64,000 bases of DNA from Pristiophorus japonicus (Eukaryota): NCBI RefSeq assembly GCF_044704955.1, contig NC_091994.1:47492001-47556000 (forward strand). The letters are read 5' to 3'. Both the position numbers and the translations under genes were made by a program. Positions 21,797 to 34,900 of this stretch are shown piece by piece. Position 1 is the stretch's first letter. Each line of letters opens with the position of its first letter. Under the pieces are notes generated by a model. That model made no database searches and was not told the origin of the DNA. It worked only from the letters and a program-made list of their open reading frames with translations.

Positions 21797-24700
21797 AGAA
21801 ACATAGAAACATAGAAAATAGTTGGAGGAATAGTCCATTTGGCCCTTTGAGCCTGCACCACCATTCAATAAGATCATGGCTGATAATTCCCTGAGTACCC
21901 TTTTCCTACTTTCTCTCCATAACCCTTGATCCCTTTAACCATAAGGGCCATATCGAACTCCCTCTTGAATATATCCAATGAACTGGCATCAACAACTCTG
22001 CGGCAGGGAATTCCACAGGTTAACAACTCAATGAAGAAGTTTCTCTTCATCTCAGTCCTAAATGGCCTTTCCCTTATCCTAAGACTGTGTTCCCTGGTTC
22101 TGGATTTTCCCAACATCTGGAACATTCTACCTTCATCTAACCTGTCTCGTTCCATCCTGTCAGAATCTTACATGTTTCGATGCGATCCCCTCATCCTTTT
22201 AAACTCCAATGTATAAAGGCCCTGTTGATCCAGTGTCTCCTCATATGTCAGTCCTGCCATCCTGGGAATCAGTCTGCTGAACCTTTGCTGCATTCACTCA
22301 ATAGCAAGAATATCTTTTCTTGGATTAGGAGACCAAAACTGAACACAATATTCCAGGTGAGGCCTCACCAAGGCCCTGTACAACTGCAGTAAGACCTCCC
22401 TGCTCCTATACTCAAATCCCTTAGCTATGAAGGCCAACATTTGCTGCCTTCACTGCCTGCTGTACCTGTGTGCCAACTTTCAAAGACTAATGAACCATGG
22501 CACCCAGGTCTTGTTGCACCTACCCTTTTCCCAATCTGCCTTCATTCAGATAATCTATCTTCATGTTTTTGCACCCAAAGTGAATAACCTTACATTTATC
22601 TGCATTATACTGCATTTGCCCACTCACCTAACCTGTCCAAGTCACCCTGCAGCCTCTTGGCGTCCCGCTCACAGCTCTCACTGTCTCCCAGTTTAGTGTC
22701 ATCTGCAAACTTGGAGATATTACACTCCATTCCTTCATCCAAATCATTGATGTATATTGTAAAGAGCTGGGGTCCCAGCACTGAGCCCTGCGGCACTCCA
22801 CATCACTGCCTGCCATTCTGAAAAGGACTTGTTTATCCTGACTTGCTGCTTTCTGTCTGCCAACCATTTCTCTATCCACTTCAGTATATTACCCCCAATA
22901 CCATGTGCTTTGATTTTGCACACCAAAAACCTTTTTAAAAGCCTTTTGAAAGTCCAAATACACCACATCCACTAGTTCTCCCTTGTTCACTCTACTGGAA
23001 TTTTTTTGAGGATGTAACTAGATTTGTCAAGCATGATTTCCCCTTAAATCCATGCTGACTTGGACAGATCCTGTCACTGCTTTCCAAATGCGCTGCTATT
23101 TCATAATAATTGATTCCAACATTTTCCCCACTATTGATGTCAGGCTAACTGGTCTATAATTACCTGCTTTTTCTCTTCCTCCCTTTTTTTAAAAAAGTGG
23201 TGTTACATTAGCTACCCTCCAGTCCATAGGAACTGATCCAGAGTCGATAGACTGTTGGAAAATGATCACCAATGCATCTACTATTTCTAAGGCCACTTCC
23301 TTAAGGACTCTGGGATGCAGACTCAGGACCTGGGAATTTATCGGCCTTCAATCCCATCAATTTCCCTAACAATTTCCTGCCTAATAAGGATACCCTTCAG
23401 TTCCTCCTTCTCACTAGAGCCTTGGTCCCCTAGTATTTCAGGAAGGTTATTTGTGTTTTCCTTCGTGAAGACAGAACCAAAGTATTTGTTCAATTGGTCA
23501 TCCATTTCTTTGTTCCCCATTATAAATTCACCTGAATCTGACTGCAAGGGACCTACATTTGTCTTCACTAATCTTTTTCTCTTCACATATCTATGGAAGC
23601 TTTTGCAGTCAGTTTTTATGTTCCCGGCAAGCTTGCACTCGTGCTCTATTTCGAGCCCTCTTAATTAAACCCTTTGTCCTCCTCTGCTGTATTCTAAATT
23701 TCTCGCAGTCCTCGGGTTTGTTTTTTCTGGCCAATTTATATGCCTCTTCCTTGGATTAACACTATCCTTAATTTCCCTTGTTAGCCACGTTTGAGCCACC
23801 TTCCCTGCTTTTTTTTAAACTCCAGACAGGGGTGTACAATTGCTGAAGTTCATCTATGTGATCTTTAAATGTTTTCCATTGCCTATCCACCGTCAACCCT
23901 TTAAGTATTACTTGCCAGTCTATTCTAGCCAATTCACGCCTCAAATCATCGAAGTTACCTTTCCTTAAGTTCAGGAACCTAGTTTCTGAATTAACTGTCA
24001 CACTCTATCTAAATAAAGAATTCTACCATGTTATGGTCACTCTTCCCCAAGGGGCCTTGTACAACAGGATTGCTAATTAGTCCCTTCTCATTACACATCA
24101 CCCAGTCTAGGATGGCCAGCTCCCTAGTTGGTTCCTCAACATATTGGTCTAGAGAACCATTCCAGGAAATCCACCTCCTCTGCATTGCTACCAGTTTGGT
24201 TAGCCCAATCAATATGTAGATTAAAATCACCCATGATGACTGCTGTACTTTTATTGCATGCATCCCTAATTTCTTGTTTGATGCTGTCCCCAACCTTACT
24301 ACTACTGTTTGGTGGTCTGTACACAACTCCCACTAACATTTTCTGCCCCTTGATATTCCGTTGCTCCACTCATATCGATTCCACATCATCCAAGCTAATA
24401 TCCTTCTTTACTTTGCATTAATTTCCTCTTTAACCAGCAATGCTACCCTGCCTCCTTTTCCTTTCTCTCTATCCTTCCTAAATGTTGAATTCCCAGCCTT
24501 GGTCACCCTGGAGCCATGTCTCCATGATGCCAATTACATCCTGTCCGTTAACTGCTATCTGTGCAGTTAATTCGTCCACCATATTCCGAATATTCCTCGC
24601 ATTGAGGCACAGAGCCTTCAGGCTTGTCTTTCGAACACACTTTGCCCCTTTAGAATTTTGGTGTAATGTGGCCCTTTTGGCTTTTTGCCTTAGGTTTCTT

Positions 24701-25210
24701 TGCCCTCCACTTTTACTTTGACTTCTTTCCATCTTTTGCTTCTGCCCCCATTCTACTTCCCTCTCTCCCTGCATAGGTTCCCATCCCCCTGCCATATTTA
24801 ACTCCTCCCCAACAGCACTAGCAAACACGCCCCCTAGGACATTGTTTTCTGGTCCTGCCCAGGTGCAGACCGCCTGGTTTGTACTCGTCCCACCTCTCCC
24901 AGAGCCGGTTCCAATGTCCCAGGAATTTGAATCCCTCACTTGTGCATCACTCCTCAAGCCACGTATTCATCTGAGCTATCCTGCGATTCCTACTCTGACT
25001 AGCACGTGGCACTAGTAGCAATTTTGAGCATACTACTTTTGAGGTCCTACTTTTTAATTTATCTCCTAGCTCCCGAAATTCATCTCATAGGACCTCATCC
25101 CATTTTTACCTATATCGTTGGTACCTATATGCACCATGACAACTGGCTGTTTACCCTCCCTTTTCAGAATGTCCTGCACCTGCTCTGAGACATTCTTGAC
25201 CCTTGCACCA
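21797..25210 (-). mobile_element. Degenerate CR1 LINE (ORF1 esterase C-terminal part, APE, RT) in the J-C intron
   Basis: VVMVHIGTNDIG (SGNH), [41 protein letters not shown]; AGAAACAT tail near 21797. Confidence 0.92.
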
Positions 25211-25214
25211 AATG

Positions 25215-25475
25215 TCTGCCTTCTTGAGATAGTGCCACAAGATATTTTACACCTATGTTGAAGAGCAGTGGTTATCCATGAGTGTTCGGTCAATATTTAT
25301 CCATCGATCAACATCACTGGTTATTATCAAATTGCTGTTTGTGGGACTTGCTGGGTGTAATTTAGCTGCTGTGTTTTCTACATTACAAAAGTGACTATTT
25401 TTAAAGTACATAATTGTCTGTAAAGCCCTTTGGAACACCATGAAAGGTGCTATATAAATGCAAGTGTCTTTCTAT
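25215..25475 (+). mobile_element. SINE 3' portion (Deu/SacSINE-like); related fragments at ~4160-4258 (-) and ~21670-21795
   Basis: gtgtttt.ctacattacaaaagtgact...gtaaagcc.tttgg...aaaggtgctatataaatgcaagt tail; family assigned from recall. Confidence 0.5.
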
Positions 25476-26435
25476 TACATTAAAACATTGAAAAAGAAAT
25501 TGCATTTATGTAGCACTTTTTTAAAAAAAGAATCTAGGGAAGAGATAGCAGATGTATTACTACACATATTTAATAATTAGTTAGAAAACAGTGTAGTGCC
25601 AGAGGACTGATGAAAGCTTAATTTTCTATCCCCCTTAAATATAGGTATTGCATGTCCAATCAGCTTAACATCGGTGGTAGGAAAAATAATGGAATCTCTC
25701 CACTAAAGGAGAAAATAAGATCTGGAGACTAAAAATATAATGAATGGTCAGCATGGATTTCAAAAGGGAAATTCTTGCTTGACCAATCTTATTGAAATTT
25801 TTGAAGATATAACAGAGGGAGTGAACAATGGTAATGAAGGAGATGTAATTTATCTAGATTTTCAAAAGGCCTTGGATAAGGTAGCCCATAATAGACTGAT
25901 GAGCAAGGTCAGAGAATGTGGAGTGAGGGGCCAAGTAGTGGAATGATCATTATCTGGCTTCAGGACAGAAAGCAGAGAGTAGGAGTAAAGGGTAGCTATT
26001 CACAGTGGCAGAAGGTGGGTAGTGGTGTCCCACAAGGATCAGTGCTGGGGCCACTGCTGTTCACAATTTATATCAACTGATTTAGACTTTGGAATTAAAA
26101 ACACAATTTCTAAATTTGTGGATGGTGCCAAATTGTGAGGGGTGAGTGAATAGTCAATACCAAGGAGTACTGCAACAAATTACAGGAGGATATTTATAAA
26201 CTTGGAGAATGGGCATTTCACTGGCAAAATGAAGTTCAACACAGAGAAATGTGAGGTGTTACATTTTGATAGGAAGAATAGGGAGGTCACGTATTACTTG
26301 GAGGGTGCGAGTCTCGGTGGGGTAGAGGAACAAAGGGATCTGAGTACAATTCACAAATCGGTAAAAGTTGTGACACAGGTTAGCAAGGCAATAAAAAAAG
26401 CAAACCAAGCACTGGGGTTTATTTCTAGAGATATA

Positions 26436-27645
26436 GGGCCCAAGTTTCCACATGATTTGCACCTGATTTTTAGGAGCAACTGGTGGAGAACGGATTATCT
26501 TAGAAATCGCAATTCTCCACATTTTTTTTTCTGCAGTTCTAGTCAGGTAGAACAGTTCTACTTTGGAACAGAATTTTTTCTTCAAAAGGGGGCGTGTCTG
26601 GCCACTGACGCCTGATTTCAAAGTTTCCACAGTGAAAACGTACGCCAAACTAAAATAGAATGCAGCAAGTGAAGATTTTTGTAGAACTGAAAAAACCTGT
26701 TCTACACTAAAAAATCAGGCGCAGGTTACAAATTAGGCGTCCAGAACGAGGTGGGGGGGAAGGGAACTCATTAAATTCTACAATAAATCCTTATTTATAC
26801 TTCTACAAATATTATACAAATAAATCCAACCTGAATAAACATTTATAAGCAAAGAAAAGATTAAATAAACCATCTTCCTACCTGTGAAAGTGCTTCAGGC
26901 ACAGAGAATTCTGCAGTCAGCCTGAGGCGCCCGTTCTTTCCCGTGGGGGGGGGGGTAGGAGGCGCCCGTTCTTCCCGCGGGGGAAAGGGGAGAGGAGGGG
27001 CCCGTTCTTCCCGCGGCGGGGGGTAGGAGGCGCCCGTTCTTCCCGCGGGGGGGGTAGGAGGCGCCCGTTCTTCCCGCGGGGGAAAGGGGAGAGGAGGGGC
27101 CCGTTCTTCCCGCGGCGGGGGGTAGGAGGCGCCCGTTCTTCCCGCGGGGGGGGTAGGAGGCGCCCGTTCTTCCCGCGGGGGAAAGGGGAGAGGAGGCGCC
27201 CGTTCTTCCCGCGGCGGGGGGTAGGAGGCGCCCGTTCTTCCCGCGGGGGGGGTAGGAGGCGCCCGTTCTTCCCGCGGGGTGGGGGGAAGGAGACAGTGAG
27301 AAGGCTGCAAGTGCTGATGTGCTGATGGCAATGTGCTTTTATTAAAAAAAATGTTCAAAAATTAAACAGCTACAAAGAACTACAAAAATGGCCGAGTGCC
27401 AATATTTTTTTCACACTGAGCATGCGCGAACGCTCCAACGCGCACGCGCAGCATTGCCGGCAGGAAAAAACTAACTTAAATAGTACCCACCCCCTCCCAC
27501 TTACAAAATCGGCGCGAGTGTAGGCTCCGCCCCCCTGGGTGACGCGCCAGACAGACAAGGAGCTGCAGAACACTCCAGAATCGCGAGGTTTTTTTTAGAC
27601 GTGAAAAACGGGCGCCCGTTTTTTATCGTGTGGAAACTTGGGCCC
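26436..27645. mobile_element. Non-autonomous DNA transposon (PIF/Harbinger-like MITE)
   Basis: TIR GGGCCCAAGTTTCCACA(T/C)GAT at both ends; 3-bp TSD ATA (26433-26435 and 27646-27648). Confidence 0.9.
26925..27290. repeat. G-rich minisatellite with a 99-bp higher-order period inside the MITE
   Basis: Monomer GGAGGCGCCCGTTCTTCCCGCGGGGG; AAAGGGG marker at 26984, 27083 and 27182. Confidence 0.92.
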
Positions 27646-29866
27646 ATAGAATTGAAAAGTAGGGAAGTTATGCTAAACCTGTGTTGAACCTTGGTTAGAC
27701 CACATTTGCACTGTCCAGTTCTGGTCGCCATATTATAAAAAGCATGTAGAGGCACTGGAGAGGGTGCAGAGAAGATTTACAAGGATGATGCCTGAAATGT
27801 GAGGGTATACATATCAGGAAAGGATGAACAGGCTGGGTCTCCTCTCTTGAACAAAGGTGGCTTAGGAGTGACCTATTACAGGTCTTTTAAATTATGAACG
27901 GTTTTCATAGAGTCGATAGAGAATGTTTCCATTTGCAGGGAAAAGCTTAACTAGTGTCTTCTATCAGAGATAGCACCACTAATAATGTATTACTGTACTT
28001 GTGAGTACTGCACTGAAATGTTGGCCGAGACATAGTCCATATATTTCTCCTTCCCAATTAGACTGCTCACGATTGGTCGGTCTGGATCTGTTTATTACCA
28101 TAGATGATGCCGAGTGTTCATTATTCTGTCATTCTTACCCATCCCCAACATTCCCCCATATTCTGATTTGAATTGTGATGTGATGCGCTTTAATTCACAT
28201 TTGTCTGCACCGATTTCATCCTGATCATAACTTCCCCAACAGTTACTTCCTCCCTGCGCCAGTTGAGGTACTCAACACTGCATTTTGAGCCAGTTCAGAG
28301 ATGCTGAACCCCATCCAATTCTCTACCCCCATACACTCGCACTATACCCCATCCAACACCCTACACTCTCTCAATTCCTCACAGTTCATGCTGGAATTCC
28401 CCTTTTGACTCTCATCCAAAAAAGCACTGCTGCCAGCCTCTACTCCCTTCCCTCTTCCCTTCATAGCCATCCATTCCCCTCGGCACTGCTCCTTTGTGTC
28501 CTGTTGCTAAATGATTCTGATTGCTGCACATTAAGGCTGGAGCTCCGGTTCTGGGTACAATTTCCTACCCCCCCCTTGCCCTGCCTTGTGTGGGGACCAT
28601 AATCTGTCTGTAGCCGGACTCCAGTCAGACCGACACTGCTGTGAAAAGGCTGGATGGTTTGTGCTGATGTTTGGCATTGACCGCTAACACCCGGACTGGG
28701 CCCACACCACTGGCTCACTGAATTCTGTCGTTTGCCGTGTCGACACTGAGCGTGTGCCGGTGGGTTAGTGTTGCTGCATCGTGAACATCTCCGGCTGCCC
28801 CACATCAGCACTTGTACATTTTCCTTAGTAGTTTAAACAAAGCACTTTGCAACTTCCTATTTCTGACCATGTACACTTGGATATTGAGAATCGTCCCTCC
28901 CATTCCCTCAGGATCCTGTCCATGGGAGTTGTGAGCCAGCCCCATCTTGCCTTAAATGACCATTCTTCATAGATTGGCCGGGACAGTGAGTGTTAGTGGA
29001 TCATTCATCTGTCAATGGCCTTGTCTTGTCCTCGCCTCACACCCACAACAGCGCACCTTCCCAGTTGGGGAGTGGGAGATGGGAAAAGGGGACGTTGCCA
29101 TTTTGTTCCCCTCTCCCAACCTCTGGATAATATCCCAATTGGAGCATCACTGCCCATGGACCAACCTATCACTGACTGGTCTGTGGAGCTCGGGACCACA
29201 CAGTATCCTCACCCACTGGCACAGGGGAGGATTTGAGATCTTTTTATCCTTCCTGTGGCAGTGGGTGGCAATGCAGGGACATTAGTGATGGGTGGGAAGG
29301 GGTGAATTGTAGAGGTGGAATGTGCAGCCGGTAGGACAGGGTGTGGGCACATTAAACGGGTATGATACCACTTTACACTGGCAGTGTGTCTCCAAGTCCT
29401 TTAATGGCTCAGTGCCAAATCACATCACTCTTTGGGGCAGATTTTTAACTTGAAATCAAAGGTTGCAGAGGTCACTGGTTTGTGGTCAGAGATCCAGGGT
29501 CACTCCTCTCCCTAACCAAGGATACTGAGGCCAAGTGAAGGGTCCCTGGTGCACTCGCCCTAGATCAGCTAACTTGGCACAGACTGGGGATGGATCCTGG
29601 GAGCAGGAGGTGAAGTACCAGAGCGAGTGATGCTCTAATCCACCCAGTCACCAGGAGGATCCGAAAACAATAATTGTACATCAAGAAATTGTAGTCCTTT
29701 GTTTTGATAAACTATGTTCAACCTTAAAGGGGCAATGTACTCACTGAACTTCTGGGGCCCACTTTCGGAAGATGCAACCGTTAAAATCTGCTTCGCTTAA
29801 ACTCTGAAATATGTTAAACATTTCTATAACTTTATTCAAACACTCCTTTTCTGGTTCCTATTGCAG

Positions 29867-30189
29867 CTCAGCAACTCCCTGAACCTTCACTAAAAGTGCT
29901 CGGGCCTTCAGCCGAGGAGATGAGCGCTAAAGGAGCAGGCACGTTAGTTTGCCTGGTCAGCAAACTGTCCATGGGCTTCGCTGCGGTCAGCTGGACAGTC
30001 GATGGGAGTCCGACGAGCAGTGAGGTCCAAACCAGCGCGGTGTCGCGGAACACGGACAACACCTTCAGTCTCAGCAGCTACCTGATGGTCCCTGGCACAG
30101 ACTGGAGCAGTGGGAAGGTGTACTCCTGTACAGTTCAACAAGGGACAGCTTCGAAAACATCCGCTACTGTCACACAATCCGACTGTTAA
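29867..30189 (+). CDS. Ig light-chain constant exon, probable sigma
   Basis: Polypyrimidine-ttgcag acceptor, phase compatible with J; AQQLPEPSLKVLGPSAEE...TLVCLVS...VSWTVDG...FSLSSYL...VYSCTV...SDC* with terminal interchain Cys. Confidence 0.96.
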
Positions 30190-30596
30190 ATAGATCGAAG
30201 CTTCACTCGCGTATGCTGCCTGATTATTGGTGCAGTGTCACTTGCCCCATTATCCACCCTGTATCCCTCAGCAACCCCATCTTCTTTCCCCTACCCCATT
30301 CTCCACCCTCTCCCCTTGGTCTCTGCTGCATTTTGTGCTCCTGTTTTGCATTGTGTGGTTCTGTTGTATCACCTTGAAGTGTTTGTACCTGAGGCAGGTT
30401 TGTTCAGCTTCTCCTATTAAGAGGCTGCACAAGGGTTACAGTGACCAGGTACTGGTCTAGAATCAGAAAGTTCATTTGAAATTGGTAGTTTGTTCAACAA
30501 CACTGAAGGATTTAATGAAAATGATTAATGAAGATTGTTTATGATCTGCCAACAGCATCAGGCTGACAATGATGGTCTGTGACTGATCTAACTTCC

Positions 30597-30602
30597 AATA
30601 AA
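30597..30602 (+). terminator. Polyadenylation signal of the Ig light chain
   Basis: First AATAAA seen after the C stop codon, followed by GT-rich sequence. Confidence 0.7.
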
Positions 30603-30749
30603 GAGAATCTGTGCAGGAAATATTTGTGTGTTTTGTCACCTTGTGTGTCCTCCCCAGCCCTGACACCACCAAGTGGGCTAGATGTGAAGGGACCCAACAC
30701 TTTGCTCCAATTCTGGTTCTGTCTCCATGTATTCAAGAATGTTGAGGGA

Positions 30750-31640
30750 AGCCATGGAATCGTAGAAATTTATTGCACTGAAGGAGGCCATTCGGCCCAT
30801 CGTGTTTGTGCCGGCTGTAAAATAGCTATCCAGCCTAATCTCACTTTCCAGCTCTTGGTTCGTAGCTTGGCCGGTTACGGCATTTTAAGTGCATATACAG
30901 GTACTTTTTAAACGTGATTATTTCTACCTCTACCATCCGTTCAGGCAGTGAATTCCAGACCCCCACCACACTCTGGGTGGAAACATTTCTCCTTAAATCC
31001 CCCCTAATCTTTGTAAATCTGCACCCCTGGTTATTGACCTCTCTGCTAAGGGATTTATCGAGGGGTCTCAATTTTATACACCTAAAGTAAATCTCCCCTC
31101 TGCCTCCTCTGTTCCAAAGAAAACAACCCCAGCCTATCCAATATTTCCTCGTAGTTAACATTCTCCAGTCCTGGCAATATCCTCGTAAATCTCCACTGTA
31201 CCTTCTCTCGTGCAATCACACCCTTTCCGTAATGTGGTGACCAGAACTGTATGCAGTACTCCAGGTGTGGCATCACTAATGTTTTATGCAGTTCACGAAT
31301 AAAATCCCCTCCTTGTATTTCAATCTGCAGCTAATAAAGTAAAGTATCCCCTTTGTCCTTAACCGCATTATCTTTTTGTCCTGTTACATTCTGTGGACTT
31401 GCACTGCAAGATCCCTCTGTTCCTCTACAGCTCCCAGTATCCTACCATTTATTGTGCATTCTGTGCCTGTTTATCCCTCCCCAATTACATTACCTCATTT
31501 CTCATGATCAAAGTTCATTTGTTACTTTTCTGTGCACCTGGCCAGTCCATTGATATTTTCCTGCAGTCTACAGCTTTCTTTGTCACTATCAACTGTAAGG
31601 CCACTTTTCTTATTAACAAACCGCTTAATCATGCCCCCTA
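30750..31640 (-). mobile_element. Old CR1 3' fragment
   Basis: PHLEYCIQFWSPHY and RLGLFSLEQRRQRGDL motifs. Confidence 0.8.
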
Positions 31641-31977
31641 CAAAAGAGTCTAAATCAATGCTATGGACTAATTAGTCAGAGGAAATTGCAGTGGATCTGA
31701 CCACCATCTTTCAAAGATCCTTGGATATGGAATTTGGATCAGATCTGTGGAGGGTTGTCACTGTAACACATTGTTTTTAAGGAATGAACTAGCTAATGAT
31801 AAACCAGTCAGATTAACAGTCGCAATAGTATTCTTCTTGGTCACAATACAGGATGAATTAATACTCACCTGGAGACATGGGCTCATTAAGAGCAAGCAAG
31901 GTTTCACCTGTGGCATTGAATAGAATTCTTTGAGGAGAGAGGCTATTGATGAATGAAATGTAGCAGATGTATATATG

Positions 31978-34900
31978 TGTAATGACTTAAGAGTCTTGTT
32001 ACTGTAAACGGCCTCCGGTGTAAACCTGATCCAACTTTATTCGTGCTCAAAGTACCCGCCTGACATAGTACCCGCTCTTATATATCAGTGACCGCATGCA
32101 CGCCTGTGCAGCCTGATGACTTGTGACAGTGGCCCTAAGCATCAATACATAACATCCCCTTTCAAGACCTTAATATCAGTTTCTTTACAAATTAAGATGG
32201 TCTGGGATTTTCCTCTCATGAGTTGATCGTCTCAGTGACTGAAGGCTGAGTAACTGATCTGATGGGAGTGGTAATGACCACATCAGAGACTGAAGGTCCA
32301 GGTTCAGTAATGACAGCAAAGTCCTCTGATGAATGAATGTTGGTTGGTCACTGACTGCATCTTCCTCAAATGGTTCCAGTTCATCTGTGTGCTGCAGTTT
32401 TACCTGATCAACATGTTTCCTACATGTTTGCCCATTCTTGAGCATAATAAACAGTTATCCTCCTTGGCTGTAACAGTACCGGCGATCCACTTTGGATCTT
32501 GACCATAGTTCAGTACATAAACTGGATTGTTCACACAGATGTCATGTGACACAGCACCATGATCATGATACCATTGCTGACTTTGGCATCTGTTTTCAAC
32601 ATGATCATTCTGATCAGGCTGAACAAGAGAAAGCTTGGTCTTGAGTTTTCTCTTCATCAGTAGTTCAACAGGGGAAACCCCAGTAAGCGTATGAGGTCGT
32701 GTCCTGTAACTGAACAATATACATGACAAACGAGTCTGCAGTGAACCCTGAGTTACACGTTTCATACTCTCCTTGATCGTTTGAACAGCATGCTCTGCTT
32801 GACCATTGGAAGCAGGTTTGAATGGAGCTGACCTCAGATATCTAATACCATTGAGTTTCATGAACTCCTGAAACTCAAGACTTGTGAAGCAAGATCCATT
32901 GTCACTCACAATGTCAGGCAAACCATGAGTAGGAAACATGAAACGAAGGCTCTCAATATTAGCTGTAGATGTGCTGGATGACATAATATACTCTATCCAC
33001 TTTGAACATGCATCCACCACAACAATAAACATTTTTCCCATGAAAGGGCCCGCAAAATCGATGTGGATCTTCGACCATGGTTTAGATGTCCATGACCAAA
33101 GACTCAGCAGAGATTCCGCTGGTACTTTACGTAGCTGCATGCAAATATTGCACTGATGCACACATGATTCCAGATCAGAGTCAATTCCAGGCCACCATAT
33201 ATGAGACCTAGCAATGGTTTTCTTCAGGACAATATCGGGATAAGTGCTATGTAGTTCACGTAAATATTATTCCCAACCTTTCTTAGGCATAATGACACAA
33301 TTACCCCAAAGTAAACAATCTGACTGACTGGACAGCTCATCTTTGCGACGGTTGTAAGGTTTGGTCTCATCACACATCTCCATAGGTATTGCAGACCAAT
33401 CACCACTAAGGACACAACGTTTCATAACTGATAAAATAGGGGCATGGCTGGTCCAGATCCTAACTTGAGCAGTGACAGGAGTTCCTTCACTCTCAAAAGC
33501 ATCCATTACTAACAGTAGATCTGCAGATTGAGGGGTCTCCATATCAGGTGTGGGCAAAGGCAGACGACACAGTGCATCAGCACAATTCTCAGTGCCTGGT
33601 CTATGACAAATAACATAATCATAGGCAAACAATGTCAATGCCCATCTCTGGATACAGGACGATGCATTGGTATTAATACCTTTGTTTTCCGAAAACAATG
33701 AAATGAGTGGCTTGTGATCCATTTCGAGCTTAAAACGAAGAGCAAACAGGTACTTTCCGCCTTTGACAAACTTCTCGAAGCATACGCAACAGATTGTAGC
33801 TTACCCGACTCATTTGCTTGTTGGAGTACACATCCAACCCCATATGATGAAGCAGCACAGGCCAATACAAGACGCTTACATGGATCATAATGAACAAGCA
33901 ACTTGTTTGAACAGAGCAGATTCTTAGCTTTCTCAAAGGCTCTATCTTGAGACACACCCCAGACCCAGTTGTCACCTTTTCTGAGTAGTATGTGCAGTGG
34001 CTCTAATAAAGTGCTCAATCTGGGTAAAAAATCACCGAAGTAGTTGAGTAGCCCAAGGAATGAACGCAGCTCTGTCACATTCTGAGGCCTGGGTGCATTT
34101 TTGATGGCCTTAGTTTTCGAATCAGTAAGCCTGATGCCATTCAGCAGCAATCTCCCTCCCCAGGAATTCAACTTCAGGTGCCATGAAGACAAACTTCGAA
34201 CGTTTCAGCCTGAGTCCCACTTTGTCCAGACGATGTAGGACTTCTTCAAGATTATTCAGATGTTCAGCAGTGTCGTGACCTGTGACCAGAATGTCATCTT
34301 GAAACACGACAGTTCTAGGAACAGATTTCAGTAGACTCTGCATATTCCTCTGAAATATGGCTGCAGCTGAACGAATTCCAATAGAACACCTGTTGTAGAC
34401 AAACAGTCCTTTATGGGTGTTGATGCAGGTGAGTTTCTTCGAAGTGCCGACAAGCTCCTGTGTCATATAAGCCGATCTAGTTTAGTGAACGACCTGCCAC
34501 CAGCTAACATGGCGAACAGGTCATCAGCTTTCGGTAACAGATACTAACCCTGTTTCGAAAATCGGTTAATCGTCGCCACAAATCCTGACAGTGACATCAC
34601 TCTTCAATACAGGAACAATGGGACTGGCACACTCGTTAAACTCAACCGGTGATATGATCCCTTCATGTTGGAGTCTGCCAACCTCAATTTCAACCTTATC
34701 CCTCATCATTTAAGGAACAGACTGAATTTTATGATAGGCAGGTTTTGCATCAGAATCTAGATGAATCTGCACCTTGGCTCCAGGAAAATTACCAATGCCC
34801 AGTTCAAACAAAGAAGGAAACTTTTTCAACACTAGAGCACATGAAGTGTCATCCACCGAGGACAATGCATCATTCCAGTTCCACTTGATGTTCTCGAGCC

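Larger units (their letters stand above)
25530..27955 (+). mobile_element. Old CR1 RT fragment interrupted by a MITE
   Basis: QHGFQKGNSCLTNL, YLDFQKALDKV, KFNTEKCEVLHF; frame ISRDI|ELKSRE continues across the MITE. Confidence 0.88.

Noticed and set aside
26861-27358. 165-aa repetitive protein
   Set aside because: Translation of the minisatellite inside a MITE.
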